A stretch of DNA of 64,000 bases, taken from the human T2T-CHM13v2.0 reference genome, Homo sapiens. Numbering within the stretch: the first letter of the stretch is position 1; each line of letters starts with the position of its first letter. Positions 23,627 through 40,446 of the stretch are shown here, in pieces. A program made the translations under genes and the position numbers. Below the pieces are notes generated by a model. That model saw only the letters and a program-made list of their open reading frames with translations. It did no database searches and was not told where the DNA came from. The stretch lies in NCBI RefSeq assembly GCF_009914755.1, contig NC_060938.1; one strand, written 5' to 3'.

Positions 23627-25018
23627 TAAGATGATAATAGCACATGCCAAATCATTTCTAGGAAATGGTTTATAATGCTGAAAGTTCTACTTGGGTATTT
23701 ACATTTGTTACAGACCAAAGAGTCAATGATAACCACTTCAGGCACTTAAAGCAAATTAGATGAGGAATGTTCCCTATATTGAGTAACCACTGGACTGTTT
23801 CTACTTAAAATTCCTATATTCCAAAAGGTAAACCTTATATAAAGACAAATATACTTTTAAAGTTATTTTAAGTAGTTGAGTCAAAAATATATACAGATAC
23901 ATTTCAACTTTGAATAACCTATAACAGGAATGGCAAACAGGGTTCATTGACTAATTAGTAATGAATGCTGAGAGGGCTGTGTTAAGAAAGAATCTTGGAC
24001 CATATTCAGATTCCATAGATGTGTCTAGAAGGATAAGTATTAGCTACATTCAGGTAAGTGAAGGAGTCAAGCAACAACACATGCCAAATATTTTCCTTCT
24101 CTGGCTTATATTTAAGCTTATCAGCATCCAAAATAAGGCCCTACTTTTGAACCTTTTAAGAGAGAATGCAACGGTGGAATCACTCCCACTGACTTAGCAA
24201 GATAAATGTTTGACTTAAGATGAGACTCATTCTGGTGCCTCAAATTTCTCTGAAATCAATCTATGTGGAGTTGCTTTAGGGCTTAATTTGTCTATGTAGC
24301 ATCCAAATCATTTTGCAACATAGTTTTCACTTTCTACAGTGTGTGGAAGCTCTTGAATTTGATACAGAAAAGAGTTCTCCATCTCCCAGTGCAAGAAAAG
24401 AATATTTAGATTGACACTAATTTATAGAGGCTACAGGCTGGTGCATGAGACAGCTGTGTTTTCTCCAGGACATCACTACAGCACTCATAAATGCCACACA
24501 ACACATTTGGAACACACCAGGCTCCTTCTGTCTATGGACAGTGGCTGCTGTTACTTAATTTGCCATTTGAGGGGATAAAGCATAGACGCTTCTAATGTCC
24601 TCCAGTAGGGGGTGGGAAGAAGAAAGTTGGCCACTTTTCATTGAACCTAGTTTCTTTTTTCTTTACTTAATTTGTACATTTCTGTACAACTGTAAATATT
24701 TTTTATTTCTTTGGGCAAAAAAATATTAATTAGGAAATCTGTAATTTGAATTATCCATGCTTTGGGCTCACAATAAAAATGTCTAAGATATTCTGAGCTT
24801 GAGAAGCAGAACCAAAATATATATGATAGAATTAAATTGCTTATGAATACTTCTTTGCAGTTTACAAAGTATACACACATATATATTTCATTTAACACAC
24901 ACACTTTTCATTTATAATTTGATGAGAGATATGGTGTCTGATGCTAATTTTAATTTTTATTTATTTAACGACCAATGAATTAGAAGCTTTTTCATGAGTT
25001 TCTTGTTAATTTGTATTT

Positions 25019-26179
25019 TTAATAACAGTATTATTGAGAGAACTTACATACAATTTAAAGCATATACTTTAATGATTTTTAGTATGTTCTCAGAGTTGTA
25101 CAATCATCACCACCATTAATTTTAAAACATTTTCATCACTCCGAAAAGAAACTCATACCCATTAATAGTCATTCTCCAACCTCACAACCCCAAGTCCAGT
25201 CCTAGGCAATCACTAATCTACTCTCTGTCTCCATAGATGTGCCTATTGTGGACATTTCACATAAATGGAATCAGACAATTTATTTTTTCACTTATGATGT
25301 TTTCAAGGTTCATCCATGTTGTAACATGTATCAGTATTCCATTTCTTTTTATTGATGAATAATACTCCATTGTATGATTATACCACAATTTGTTTATTCA
25401 GTCATGAGTTGACGGACATTTAGGTTTTTCCACTTTTTGGATATTACAAACAATGCTGCTATGTATACATGAGTTTTTTGTGGCATGTTTTCATTTCTCT
25501 TGGGCATAAACCTAGGATAACAATTGCTGTGTTGTATGGAGACAGCGTGTTTAACCATTTGAGGAACTGCCAGACTGTTTTCCAAATCAATTGTACCATT
25601 TAAAAATCCCACTGTTAGTGTATGAAGGTACTAATTATTCCACTTCCTTGCCAACACTTGCCATTTTCTGTCTTTTAAAAAAATAACTTAGTGGGGTGAA
25701 GTAGTATCTATTGTGGTTTTGATTTGCATTTCCCTGACTACTAATGATGTTGAGTATCTTTTCATGTGTTTTTTGGCCACTTGAATATTTTCTTTGGAGA
25801 AATGTCTATCAGGTACTTTGCCAATTTTTAAATTGACTTGTCTTTTTATTATTGAGTTATAAGAGCTTTTTTTATATATTCTGGATATAAATCCTTACCA
25901 GATATATGATTTGCAATTTCTTTCTCTCATTCTGTGGACTGTCTTTTCATTTTCTTGATGGTGTCCTTTGGAGCACAAGAGTCTTTAATTTTTTATGAAG
26001 TCTCATTTACCTATTTTCTCTTTTGTTGCTTATAGGCTTGGTGTCATATCTAAAAAAAATGCCTAATCTCACCAATGTTTAGGATTTACACTAACGTTTT
26101 CTTCTAAGAGTTTTGTAGTTTTAGATCTACATTTAGGCCTTTGATCCATTTTAAATTAATTTGTGTATATCATGTGGGT
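25019..26179 (-). mobile_element. 5'-truncated L1MB inserted in an older L1ME-like fragment (about 24900-26310)
   Basis: L1MB 3' UTR (cagagttgtacaatcatcaccac, ggcaatcactaatctactc), degenerate TSD TAATTTGT(A/C)TTT at about 25007 and 26180, older L1 sequence collinear on both sides. Confidence 0.8.
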
Positions 26180-28629
26180 AATTTGTCTTTCTCTTTTTGC
26201 GAGTTGCCTTTTGTGTTCTGTGCTTATTGTCCCAAACAAGTGTTATTTTTCTCTTATATTTTAAAGGTTCTTTGTATTGAATATTGTCATTTATGTTGCA
26301 AATATTTTTCATCTTTTATTGCTCAGGGATAAGAAAACCTAGATTCTTATCAGAAAAATTCAGAGACTTCTCCAAAGTCACATGCTTAATATACCTGTTA
26401 CTAAAGTCTAAGTCTTCTGGCTATGCCTCTTGATCCCCAATTTAAAAATCTTGAACTATTGTAATCACTTTTTCAGTTTTTATGCAGTATGCCGTTAACA
26501 AGAGTCTAGCTTAACAAAGCTCACAATAAACTAAAAAGATAGTCAAGATTTGTGATCACAGGCCATATCCAAAGTATGCAGAATTTAAAGCAAAACACCA
26601 GCATCAAGACCAGGGATAGAAACAATACCGGTGTCCTGTGTAGAAGTCAGAACCCCGGGCAGTTCTGAGTTAACATGGGAGAAAAAAACAATTTTCATCT
26701 AACTTTAAACTGCAATGGTTGAAACCTCAGACTGGTGGTTAAAATCTCATACTTTATGGGGTTAATCCCAATTTAAAGGGCTCTGACCTTATTTATAGGG
26801 CTCCAACCTCTCCTGGGGAAAATGCCATACCATCATCTAAGAGTTTGTAGTCTTTGTCAAGTGACATGGCCTCCCTCATCTTTGGGCCTAACAAATATGT
26901 TAGAAACTCCTGGGTCCCTAGAGCTTCTTGGGATTAAGCCAGTCCAAGGTGTAATTGTTTTCTTTCTCCTCTTTCTTGGATCCCTTTATCCATAAAGCTG
27001 CCTTTCCATCCGAATTTAGAGACTGGACTGTAAGTGGGAACCTGAAACAATACTTGGTTGAAGCTTAAGTTTAGAGTGCCAGTGAGAGTTGGGGTAAACA
27101 CTGATATAAAAGGGCAGAGTCAAGATGTATTTATAATTCCATATGCACCATAATACATATGGAATATATTATAATTTGTCTACTGGTATCATAGAGCAGA
27201 TAGGACCACTCAAACTCTGTGCTTGTATGCCCTTATGAGTTATACTGAATAGTTGGTCATCTGTCCCACAGTGGTCCTATCTGGTTACAGATATAAGACA
27301 GTAATAAATCAGGATAAGCCTATTACAAGTGGGGAAACAGCCTCTGTGAAAGTCCTGATGGTAGCAGAAAGTTCCAAACAAAAGTCTTTAGCATGAAGAT
27401 AGTCCAGGAGACCTAGCACAGTCAGTAATAAGCAGAAACACTTTGAGTATGTTTCATTCAATTTGAAGAAATAAAAGGAAAGAGAACTTTGAACTTTGTC
27501 TCTTTGAAATGGGCATAGCATATTAGAACCTCAGTCCAGAGGCTAGCTCTCCATTTTGAAAGTGCTAGGCCAGCTATGTAGGGAAACAATTGATCTGCGA
27601 AACATCTAGATGACTCTCTGGAATAATATTGTTTTAAAACAGTCATGGCTTCCATGTAACTTAATTTTGGGGACTTTAGAAGGATCTCCCTGCCAAATGT
27701 TGCTCCTACTCTAGCCTGTCATTTGTCATGGAAATTAACATTTTGACTGTATAGATTTGGTAAATTGGTACTGTTATAAATGGCAGGCTCCTCAGGAAAG
27801 GTAACTCAGCATTCGTAGTATTAATATCTCATAGTAAATTATCAGGCAGCTGTACTAAGCTGTGTTTAGATTTTGGTAAGGGGAGAAAGCTAGATCCAAA
27901 GCACTTCACACCATGCAAGGAAAACAGCCTGAGAAACTGTAATCACAAGCCCTTGAGAGCCAGAGGAAAATGTTTCAACTTCCTCAGGGCTGAATACATT
28001 TTGACAAACTGTAAACATGCTCAATAATCCTTGAAGACTGTAATAGGGTAACAGAAGTTATCTCTAGGGTTGTGAGTAAGTTTATTTTCTTTAAACTTTT
28101 TCTTCTTTCTTGAATTCTTGAAGAAAAAATAAATTACACTAAAGATGTCTTAATCAGCCAGCATTCTTTAAATATTAATACATTTTGCTGATAAATTATA
28201 CCTGTAAGGTCATCTTAGACATCAAGAATCAATTCATGAAAGGAACACTGCAGTCTATCAGTAAGCCAATGACAATAGAGATTAGGCATTTGACTATGTC
28301 AAGAAAACACTATTTATACCTTTTAATGAGAAATGCAGCTCTAGTGCCTAAATTTAAATTCCACTACTTGAAAACAAAACATGAAACTACATATGTGATA
28401 GATTACCAAATGAATTTTTTAAGGCAACAGGTTTGTAAGATTTGTGGGAGGTATGTAATCAAATGGTAGACTACTTACAATCTGATGATATTGTTCTTTT
28501 GGGATGTTCAGATATGAAACTGTAACTTCCTAACAACTAGATCAAGTTTCTTGAACAGTTCCAGCAACACAATTTATTTAATAGTTATTATTGCCATTTG
28601 ATCATATTCATGAATTTATTAGATACCTC

Positions 28630-29020
28630 CTCTGTTAGTCAGCTTAGGATAGGCTATGCTGCAGAAACATATTAACACTGAAATTTCAGTGGCTTAACAT
28701 GACGGAATTTTTCACTTAGACCCACATCTAGTAAAGTTCAGGGGGAGCTCTGATCGACAGGGGCAATCAGGGACTCAGGCTTGTAGAAACTCCACCAACT
28801 TGTAGACAGGCCATCTGGAACACACAGTGTTGTAGAAGGGGAAGAGGGAAGAAAGAATGGAGAATTCTCCTTCATTTTAAAATACCTCAAACTGGAAGTG
28901 TTACACATAACTTTTATAAACTATTGGCCAAGGCTAATCATGTGCCCTGAATTGAACAGCAAGGAATGCTGGGGAATTAAATAAGTTGTGGAATATTTGG
29001 TGAGTCTTATCAACTTTGTT
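28630..29020 (-). mobile_element. Old MLT1-type LTR
   Basis: ttagtcagcttaggataggctatgctgcagaaaca...aaatttcagtggcttaaca. Confidence 0.6.
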
Positions 29021-30250
29021 CAAATATTTATACCAGGCACTTTGGGAATACAAAAATGAATCAGAGTCTGAACCATTTTTCAAGATGTTTACAATGAAAC
29101 CATGGAGATAAAATGTGTCTGTAAATAATTGAAATGCAAATTAAAGTCATAAGAATTAGGAAAAAGTCAGAGAAAAAGTGCAATGGCAGGTAAGAAACTA
29201 TAGAGATTACTGCCACCTAAAGAGATCAAGAAAACCTTCATGGGATAAGAGGTATCAGATTAGGCTTTGAATGATGTAGGATTTGTACATAAGGAGTTGA
29301 TGAACAGAGCTTACTCTGGTCTAAAGGAACAGCAAAGGCATGGGAGAGAGAAATTCTGAGGCATTTACAGAGAAGAGTAAGTCAGTCTATTATTTCTACA
29401 GCAAAGGGTATGCAAAGTGGGAAATAAAAATAGAAAAATCTGTTGGGTCAAATGTGAAGAACCTAGAATGCTAGATTAGGGTGTTTGACTTGTTTGTGGA
29501 GAAGAGTTTAAATGAGAGATATAACAGATATTATTTGGAAATTGATAGAATCAAATAATTAAAATGGATTAAAGGAAAAGAAAACTAATAGTAGGGAGGC
29601 CAGCTAGCAGGCTACTTGAAGTTATTTTTGATGAAGTGCATTGGGAAAGAAGAAATAATAATCAAAAGGGGAGATAAATATTAGAAATACTTCAATCAGC
29701 ACAACTTGGTACCCAATTGAATTCAGGAAGAGTAAAACTTGACCCAAAGGCCTAGAATTTAGGAGACTAGGAGTTCATAAATATTATTAACATAAATAAA
29801 AAAACATGAAGAGAAGCTGGTTTTAGAAAAATAATGAGTTTATGTTTATCCATGTAGAATATAATGCAGATGAGATGCTTAGGTGCAAGTGGCTAGCTGG
29901 CCACTAGAAATGTGAAAGGGAGATCAAGGTCAAAGCTGGTAATTCAGATTTAGGAGTCACCTGGGTAGAGAGAAGAATCCAAATCATAAAATTAGATGAG
30001 TCTGCCAGAGAAAAGACAGTACAGATAGAGCTGAGAAGCAGGCCAATAACATATCCTTATAAAAATACATATTTAAAAACCCAAAGAGAAAGGAGAAAGA
30101 AAACACACCCAAAGAAGCAGGAGAAGGGCACAACGAAGGGAGGAGTTTTAAAAGTGGGCATGTTCAACAATGTTTAATGCCACAAAGAGCCTCATGAGCA
30201 TTATGACTGATCAAAACCATTGATTTTAGCCATTGGGGGTTGGGAGTATG
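29020..30250 (-). mobile_element. L2 LINE fragment
   Basis: GA-rich reverse L2 blocks (ccaggcactttggg, tttaggagtcacc, ccattgattttagcca). Confidence 0.65.
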
Positions 30251-31369
30251 GAGTGGGGAAAAGATGACATCTGCTTGAAGACATAAAGGGGTAAAGTGGG
30301 TTTTTGGAAAGGGAGAGGAAAGTGTATAACCTAAAGGAGTGGGGGGTGAGAATACATTGGAAAGGGGAAAACTGTAGATTCAAGAAAGAGAGGAGATAAA
30401 TGATGAAGCCAGTGGATAAGAGTGGAACAAGCACATGATTTTCCTCACCTGACATACTCATCACCAAAAAGAAGCAGATACCAATTCACTCCCTTTGTCC
30501 TTGCCTAGATCCTAAGCCATTTCATTTGAATAAACACTTTCTGATATGTTTCTGCCTTTCTTAGATCCTAGATTCTGACTCCTTCCCTGTAGCTTTGAAA
30601 GCTCTCTTGTGCAATAGATGCTTGATACTTGTCTCCAGTGATAACTTTGGTCTCCCTCTTGGTCCACACCTCACAGTAATCCTTTGAAATTTGGCAACTC
30701 CCATCTTAACTAGCAAAACTCCCTACCCCATCTAGTCTCACTGTGAGACCTCACACCTGGTACAAGCATTTGAGGGCAAAGATTAAATTTTGGATGTAGA
30801 AAATTTAATTCTTTTCCATAGATGGAAAAAAACACAAGGCAGATGAAGACTGAGAAAAATTCAAGCTGGAGATAAGGGAGGTTTGTGTCCTATGGCTTAT
30901 AATTTTCAGTGAAGTATAAGGCAGAGTCATCTGCAAAGCATGAAGCTGGCAACGGTGGGGTTTCAGGAGAAGAAGAAAGGTTGCGTGTAAGTCTAATGTA
31001 TGTAATTTGTATTGCTTTTTCCAATTGACTTCCATTATAACGTTACAGTACATTCTTACTCAGATCTTCTAGATTCTAAATCTTCAAATGGAGAATTCCA
31101 ATATGATTAAAGAGCTTTCTGAATGCTCTTCATCCTAAGCATTCTAATGTGTTCTCTATAGAAGAAAATAATAATGAAATGAATAATCAACTTGAACATA
31201 TACAAAACATTTTAAGATATTCTGTTTCTAAAAGTTCTCAGTGACTCCAGTGGAGTTTAATGTTTAAATGGCCACAGTAGTAATCCCACTACTTCTAGAC
31301 CTTAGTACAAATCATTAACCAAAACAAACTGACAAAGAAAACCATGTGAGATTGACTTTCCAGATGTAT

Positions 31370-31940
31370 CAGTATTGGATTGGTTAGGAATTCTGAAGTC
31401 AGGCAGGATTTGAAAACCTGTTGCACCACTTGCTAGAGAATAGTTTAGTAGAAGAGAATTGTGACAACCAGCTTCCTGGGTTCAGATTGTGACTATTCAA
31501 CCTACTCAATGTAGGTAAATTAATCCGAAAAGCCTCAGTTTCTGATAAAATCTATAATAATAATATAGCTGGTTAAAGAGTAGTCACAATGTAGACCTTA
31601 CAGTACTGTTGCGAAGGTCACATAAAATGAGCCGTAGCATAAATAAACCATAACACAGGGTTATGAGCATGAGCTCTGCAAACAGACTGCTTGGGGTTGA
31701 ATACCAGCTCTACCACTGTCTAGCTGTGAGACCTTAGGTAAACTACTCTCTATACCTCAGTTTTCTCATCTGCAAGATCAGAGTAATAGCATGTTCTTCA
31801 CAGGACTGTTGTGAAGGTTGAATGAAATAATGGAAAGCACTTAATGTAGTGTCTGATATATAGTATTTAATAAATACTATGTATTATTAGTATGTAAAGT
31901 ATTCAGCACAATGCCTGACACAGCACCCTCAATTAACAGT
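31370..31940 (+). mobile_element. Cluster of nested MIR SINEs (best copy 31655-31890)
   Basis: cagactgcttggggttgaataccagctctaccact...cctcagttttctcatctg...taataaatactatgtattatt. Confidence 0.75.
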
Positions 31941-32366
31941 TCTAAATTTTTCTAAAAATAAAGTTTTTAGTGTCTCTTCAAGATGATTTTGATCCAGTAT
32001 TAAATATTTGACTATCAAGCCTATTTGACAATGCCAGTATTTCAAACACCATTAACAAAAGGCATCTTTACATAGTTGTAGTAAGCTGGGCTTCTGAGAA
32101 CTAAATTATCTTACAGCACCTGAGCAGAACACACATAAAGCACAAACGGCTGCAAGATTTTAAGTAGCTACTCTGACATGAACAAAAAAAAATGAAGTAA
32201 TTGCAAGCTGAAGAAACTGCATAAAAATCAATGGATACACAGCCACAGGCAATGATGTGCAGTTTGGCTACAAAATGCTAAGAAAAAGCAGTGCTGGGCA
32301 GACCTGCTGGGCATGCTGCCAGGAGCACTACTGTGAAAGAGCATTGTGAAGACTGATACATGTTGA

Positions 32367-35023
<2,657 letters not shown>

Positions 35024-37124
35024 AAGAGTTATTCTGGTCCTGTACAAATGAACTTCTTCCTGTATGTTGTGTTAAACAGGGTATCACTGAGTTTTATCTC
35101 ACTAATTTGCATGCATATTTATAAAGGTAACCGGCATATAGTAGATACTTAATATATGATGACTGAATAAATGAATGAAGTATGAGGAATTCCATAAGAA
35201 GACACACTGGGGATCCTTTAGACTAAGCAGGATCACAGAACCCTTAGCCTAACTCCTCCAAGGGCCACTGCTCCTCCTTTTGAGCCCTGGGATATCAGCC
35301 CAGGGTTTCCAGCGGGCACCTCTAGGTCTTGTGATATCCTGGGTCCTTTGACCCATATTTTCCTTCTGGAGATGGTGTGGCTTAGACTTTGGCTCCCTGT
35401 TTCTCCCTTAGATACGGCTTCAACCCTGATGACTTGGCCTTGCCTCATCAACCTCTTTTCACCTGCAAGTATTCTCCCCTGCTTCCCAGATAAGTCTGAG
35501 AGACTAGGTCTCCACTCCTAAGCTTTCTGCTCTCTACATTCATTACGTGCAGGATAGAGACTCTTGTACATTTGTGGCACCTGCAGGCTCTGAGATTAAC
35601 CTCTCAGCCTGTCAGTCCATGCCTTCTCTACCCATTAACACCATTATGCACAGAGGAAAACAGCCCCCAGCCAAGGCCATGCAGGAGGATGGTCATAGCA
35701 CTCTTAAATATTTTGAAAACTGATGCCTATCACATTCTTCTCTTGATTCTCTTATAATACTCAGCAATAACATATATAATAACGGCAATAGCACCTGTTA
35801 AATGCCAGCTCAGGGGTCTACATAATTATTCTCGGACTTAATGGCCTCCTTAGGGACCATCTTCAATTGATATGCTTATTTACAGTCACTACACCATTTA
35901 CAAGCCCCAGGTGGAGAGGGGGAGCAGAAAAAAATCAGTTTTGGTCAATTTTGAGGTCCTTTGGTCAATTTTGAGGTCATTACCAAAGTCTGGCTCATCT
36001 TCGAGCCACCAGAACATGTCTCTATCGCCCTACAGTTCCCCTAACACATTCTACCAACCTCAGCAGCCTCAAGAACTATAAACTTGGGCTGATAACCAAT
36101 GACCATATACATTTCTACTCAATGTTTCTCCTAATGTTATCATATTAAAAATATTCCTTGACGCTCCATGCCCATTGCACTCTATGTGTATAATATCCCT
36201 AGGAATCAAACACAGCAGCAGCCTCTGTTGCTCCACTGGCATTGAAACCATTGGTAGCCAATCTTGAGAATAAACTACTTATGATAAATATTTAATTTCA
36301 GCAAAAGACTGTCACACTGAATGTATCATATATCCCACAATTTTCCTATAGGTCTCAGAATTTGTAGTCTGTCCCAGAGCTAGTATTTTGCTCGCCTAGT
36401 AAGGCCTGTGGGATTCCTGGACTCTACCCAGAAGCCAGCAGCCAAGCAAAGCCTTCCTGACATATGTGGGAAGTACCAATGCTCCCAGTACACTAGTAGT
36501 ACCATAGACACTATCATCCTGGTGCTAAGAGCTGCATTTCTGATGGGATGTTTCCATCCATCCCAGAATAAGAGATCCAGGTACCCTGAGACTTCCTTCT
36601 AACCAATCTATGACAGTGCTCCAACTGAGGATATGCATCTTTTGATACATACTGAATTGGAGTATGCATCATATTCCAGATGATTGCCTCACAACTTCAG
36701 GCACCTGACCTGCTCTCCCTTATAACCCTAAATTGCTGCTAGCAATGCTGGCTCTTTGCTGAGTTGAATAATTTAAAATATGAGATTGTAAAGGTCAATT
36801 CTGCAGAATAACCCCCGCTCAAGACATTCCATGATATGTGTGATTGGGCAGGCCACTGAGTTCCAACAGTCCTTAACATTTTTGGGGTATGTGGAATATT
36901 ATGGGATAGACATGGAACATATATGTAGTTTCCACCATATTTCCCTAGCCTGCCTTCCAAGTTTACCAAACTGCTTAAGGAAAACAAGCCAAACATTCTA
37001 AAACACTCAAAAGGCATTAAAAAAAACACACAAAAATGATCTATCCTGTATTTATTCTAACACATCCTGATTTTCAGTGTCTTTGCTCCCCCAAGCATAT
37101 TTCCTAAACACACAGTGGAGGGAT

Positions 37125-37310
37125 GTCTCTCAAAGTATGGTCTGGGGACCAAACTACATCAGAATCACTTGAAGTTCTCGTTTAACATGATTACTCCTGG
37201 GCTCAACTCCAGAGCTACTGAATCAGATTCACTGGAGATGGGCTCAGGAACATGCAATTTAAATAAGCACCTCAAGTTATTTTTATATGCAGTAAAATTT
37301 GAAAACTGTA
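37125..37310. mobile_element. MER5-type hAT-Charlie MITE
   Basis: tctcaaagtatggtc...catcagaatcacttg...ctactgaatcaga...tttgaaaactg. Confidence 0.8.
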
Positions 37311-38397
37311 GCTGTGGCAGCATCCTTCCTAAACCAGCTCTGACTCAGCATTTTCACAAGCTTATTCTGCAAATTCACCACACTCTATCTCCTACCCCTA
37401 CCCAATTACCCAGTCAGTTATATCATATGTGAGGGAAAGTTCTTGAACATTAAAGCATCACAAATCCTGAAAGCATTATTTGGAAGAGGGCCATGTTTCC
37501 AATAATGACAACAACAGGTTTTGCAACTGAGAGCAACATCCAATCACCCAAAGATTAAGCCAAATGTCCACTCATTGGTTCTAAGTCCCTCCTGGTGCCA
37601 CATACAGTTAGGTAAGGCAGACAGAACTCTTTGTAGCTAGGAACCCAGAAAGACTGGCAGAGCTGGGAGTATTTAATACCAGCAGGCAGCTGGAGAAAAT
37701 GTGATTGGGTATTTAGAGCAAGGAATGGTGTTAGAGGAGGTGAGACAGAGGAATGAAGAGACACTGAGGGCAGTTTAGGGCAGAAAGAAGGCACTGAATT
37801 CAAGGAACAGAAGAATTCAAAGAACAGGCTAACACAGACAAAGAAGGCTATATTAACACACACATCAAGACACCATAATACGGGCAATTGTGTGACACTG
37901 ATCAAGGCAGAGGAGTTTGTCATTTAGGCAGTCCTGTATTATAGCTTTTAACCCAGTGAGCTATAATGTCTCACTAAGTGAGGGAGTCTTCTGATAGCTA
38001 AAATGCCTGTAAGTATACACCATGATTTATATCTGCCTTCTATTCAAAGTACCCACTATATTAAGCCAGGCCAGAAACCAAATCCAAACTTCAGAAGAAA
38101 GAATTCATAAGCTCATGTCGCCAAAAGTTTCCTGGGCAGTCCTTGCTTCAGGTTCAGCAGGATTGAGATGCTCATCAGAGATAGGGATTTATACTCATCT
38201 CTCAGACAGACATTCTTCCTGTAGTGGATGAAATGACAGTTGGCAGATAACATCTATTCCACCGACTTAGTCCACCCAGAAGTAATAGAACCATCTTTGA
38301 TGGCAGCTCTAAGACGAATGTCCTGGAGATCCTCTCCATCAGCCCAACTTGGGGCATATGTGCACTCATTTAGGGTAGGGGTGGTTATAGTGTAAGG

Positions 38398-38512
38398 CAG
38401 GGTGACAAGCTCATCCCAGTTTGCCTGGGATTTGTCCAGTTTTAAAACTGAAAGTCCAAGGTCCCAGGAAACCCCCTCAGTTCCAAGCAAACCAGGAAGA
38501 CTGGTCACCCTA
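38398..38512. mobile_element. MER81-like hAT-Blackjack MITE
   Basis: 115 bp with terminal inverted repeats CAGGGTGAC...GTCACCCTA. Confidence 0.8.
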
Positions 38513-39006
38513 GGTGGAGTCAGCCTTACTTTTTTTGTCTGGAATGAGTTCTCCACAGGAAAGAGCACTTCTGTTACAAGATGAAGAGGTGAGACGGGCT
38601 GAAGCAGGGGGAGTATTCATTTCGCCCAGGCCAGATCTATGTGATGCCTGGGTAGATGTGTGGGAAAAGCCCCATCCTGCCCACTTCTTGACTGTCTTTT
38701 CGATCAGGCTAGGCCTATGTGACTAGCCAGGGCTACCACTTCCTAGTGCTTCACTCCTCATCAAGTTCACCCAGGGCCCGAGGTTTCTCTCTCAGGATTC
38801 TTTGTACCCCCTCCTGGACCTTACCTACTCCTGGTTCCTGGCCTTGATCTGACTCTCCCCTCTGTGACCTGGTAGCTTGCTCTTTGGCTTTCATTCCTGT
38901 GCTCACCCTGGTTTCTGGCTTCTGTGTCTCTTTACCTCATAGTTACTGTGATCTGTCTGGTCTTCTGATGCCACTGCTGCATCAAGCTTGGATTTGGCCT
39001 GATATT

Positions 39007-39305
39007 TTATTGTTATTTCTTTTTGAGACAGGGTCTTGCTCTGTCACCCAGGCTAGGGTGCAGTGGTACATCACAGCTCACTACAGCCTTGACCTTTCAG
39101 GCTCAAGCAATCCTCCTATCTTAGCCTACCTAGTAGCTGGAACCACAGGTGTGTGCCACAATGCCCAGTTAATATTTTTTTATTTTTTGCAGAGGCACAG
39201 TCTCGCTATGTTGCCCAGGCTGATCTTGAACTCCTGGACTTAAGGGATCCTCCTGCTTTGGCCTTCCAAAGTGATAGAATTAGAGGCATGAGCCACCACG
39301 TCCAG
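39007..39305 (-). mobile_element. AluJ
   Basis: AluJ-type cacagctcactacagccttgacc; TSD TGGCCTGATATT at 38995-39006 and 39306-39317. Confidence 0.92.
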
Positions 39306-39464
39306 TGGCCTGATATTCTTTCACTAGGGTGTTCGCGGCTATTTGCAGCTAAGATTTGCCAATGCCTCCCTACTCACGCAGTTCACCACTGCCCCCACCT
39401 GTTTCTAGGTGGAATTCAATATTGGTGTCCATCAAAATCTGCGCTAAATGTTGAGGTGGGAGCT

Positions 39465-39650
39465 TAATCCTTATACTCACGGCTCCCCCATTTCCCTATC
39501 TTACAATTCTGCAAGGTCGGTACTTTAATTCCCATTTCACAAATGAGGACGCTGAAGCTTAGGGGAGTGAAGTAATTTGCCCAAGTTCACAAAACCAGTC
39601 AAATTGGAAGTTAGAACTCACACTCTTGAGCTCTTTCTACTGTACCATGA
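39465..39650 (-). mobile_element. MIR
   Basis: cccatttcacaaatgaggacgctgaagcttag...aagtaatttgcccaagttcac. Confidence 0.75.
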
Positions 39651-40039
39651 TGACTTGATCAGGTAATATGATGGTAGTAACTAGTTCTAGTAGCAAGGTC
39701 ACAAATGGTAACTTCTAAAGACTATTATTTTTTAAAGTTCTGCTCAATGTATATATATCCTCATATTTTTGCCACTCAATAATTTCAAATATGTGATGCT
39801 TTTTAGAATTTTTAAATTAATTTCTACTACAATTTAAACAGTAGATAAATTATTTTAAGACATATTTTTTAAACTATGTTCCAGTAACTAACACCTTCTA
39901 GCCCTATAGTTCTACATTGATTCAACTTCAGTTATGAATATTACACAATTTCCCCTCATGAACCAAATATTGTTCTAAATAAGTAGTCTTCAGTGTGTGG
40001 CTAGTGACTTTCAGGGTTTGTGAGCTGTTTTCACAATAA

Positions 40040-40446
40040 TGTTGATGTTATTTGCTTTTTCACTCTCATTGTCTCACAAATGCACAGTGGAGGTTTCCAG
40101 AAGCTACACGATCTAAGATTTTGTAATGGATTGACTGCAAAAGGAGTATGGGAATCCTAAATGTCTTCCCTTAAGTCAGACATTGGTTTTTTAAAAAAAT
40201 GTAAAACCATGTCGTGTTCCTTACTACAGTTTTGTTTCATAAGATACGATTATCTTTATAAAAACATGTTTTTGTGTTAACATGTAATGAGTTTATTATT
40301 ATTTCAAAATTAATAAATGTTTTAAATTTCTGAATTTTAACTTTTAATATGATTAATACCAATTGTAACTCACACAAACAAAAACTCCTTGGGGTCCTCA
40401 ATAATTTTTAAAAGTATGAAGGAAACCAAAAAGTTTGAGAATAGCT
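40040..40446 (+). mobile_element. Charlie1-type hAT DNA transposon, terminal fragment
   Basis: cagtggaggtttccagaagctac...ttggggtcctcaataatttttaa...accaaaaagtttgagaatagctg. Confidence 0.75.
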
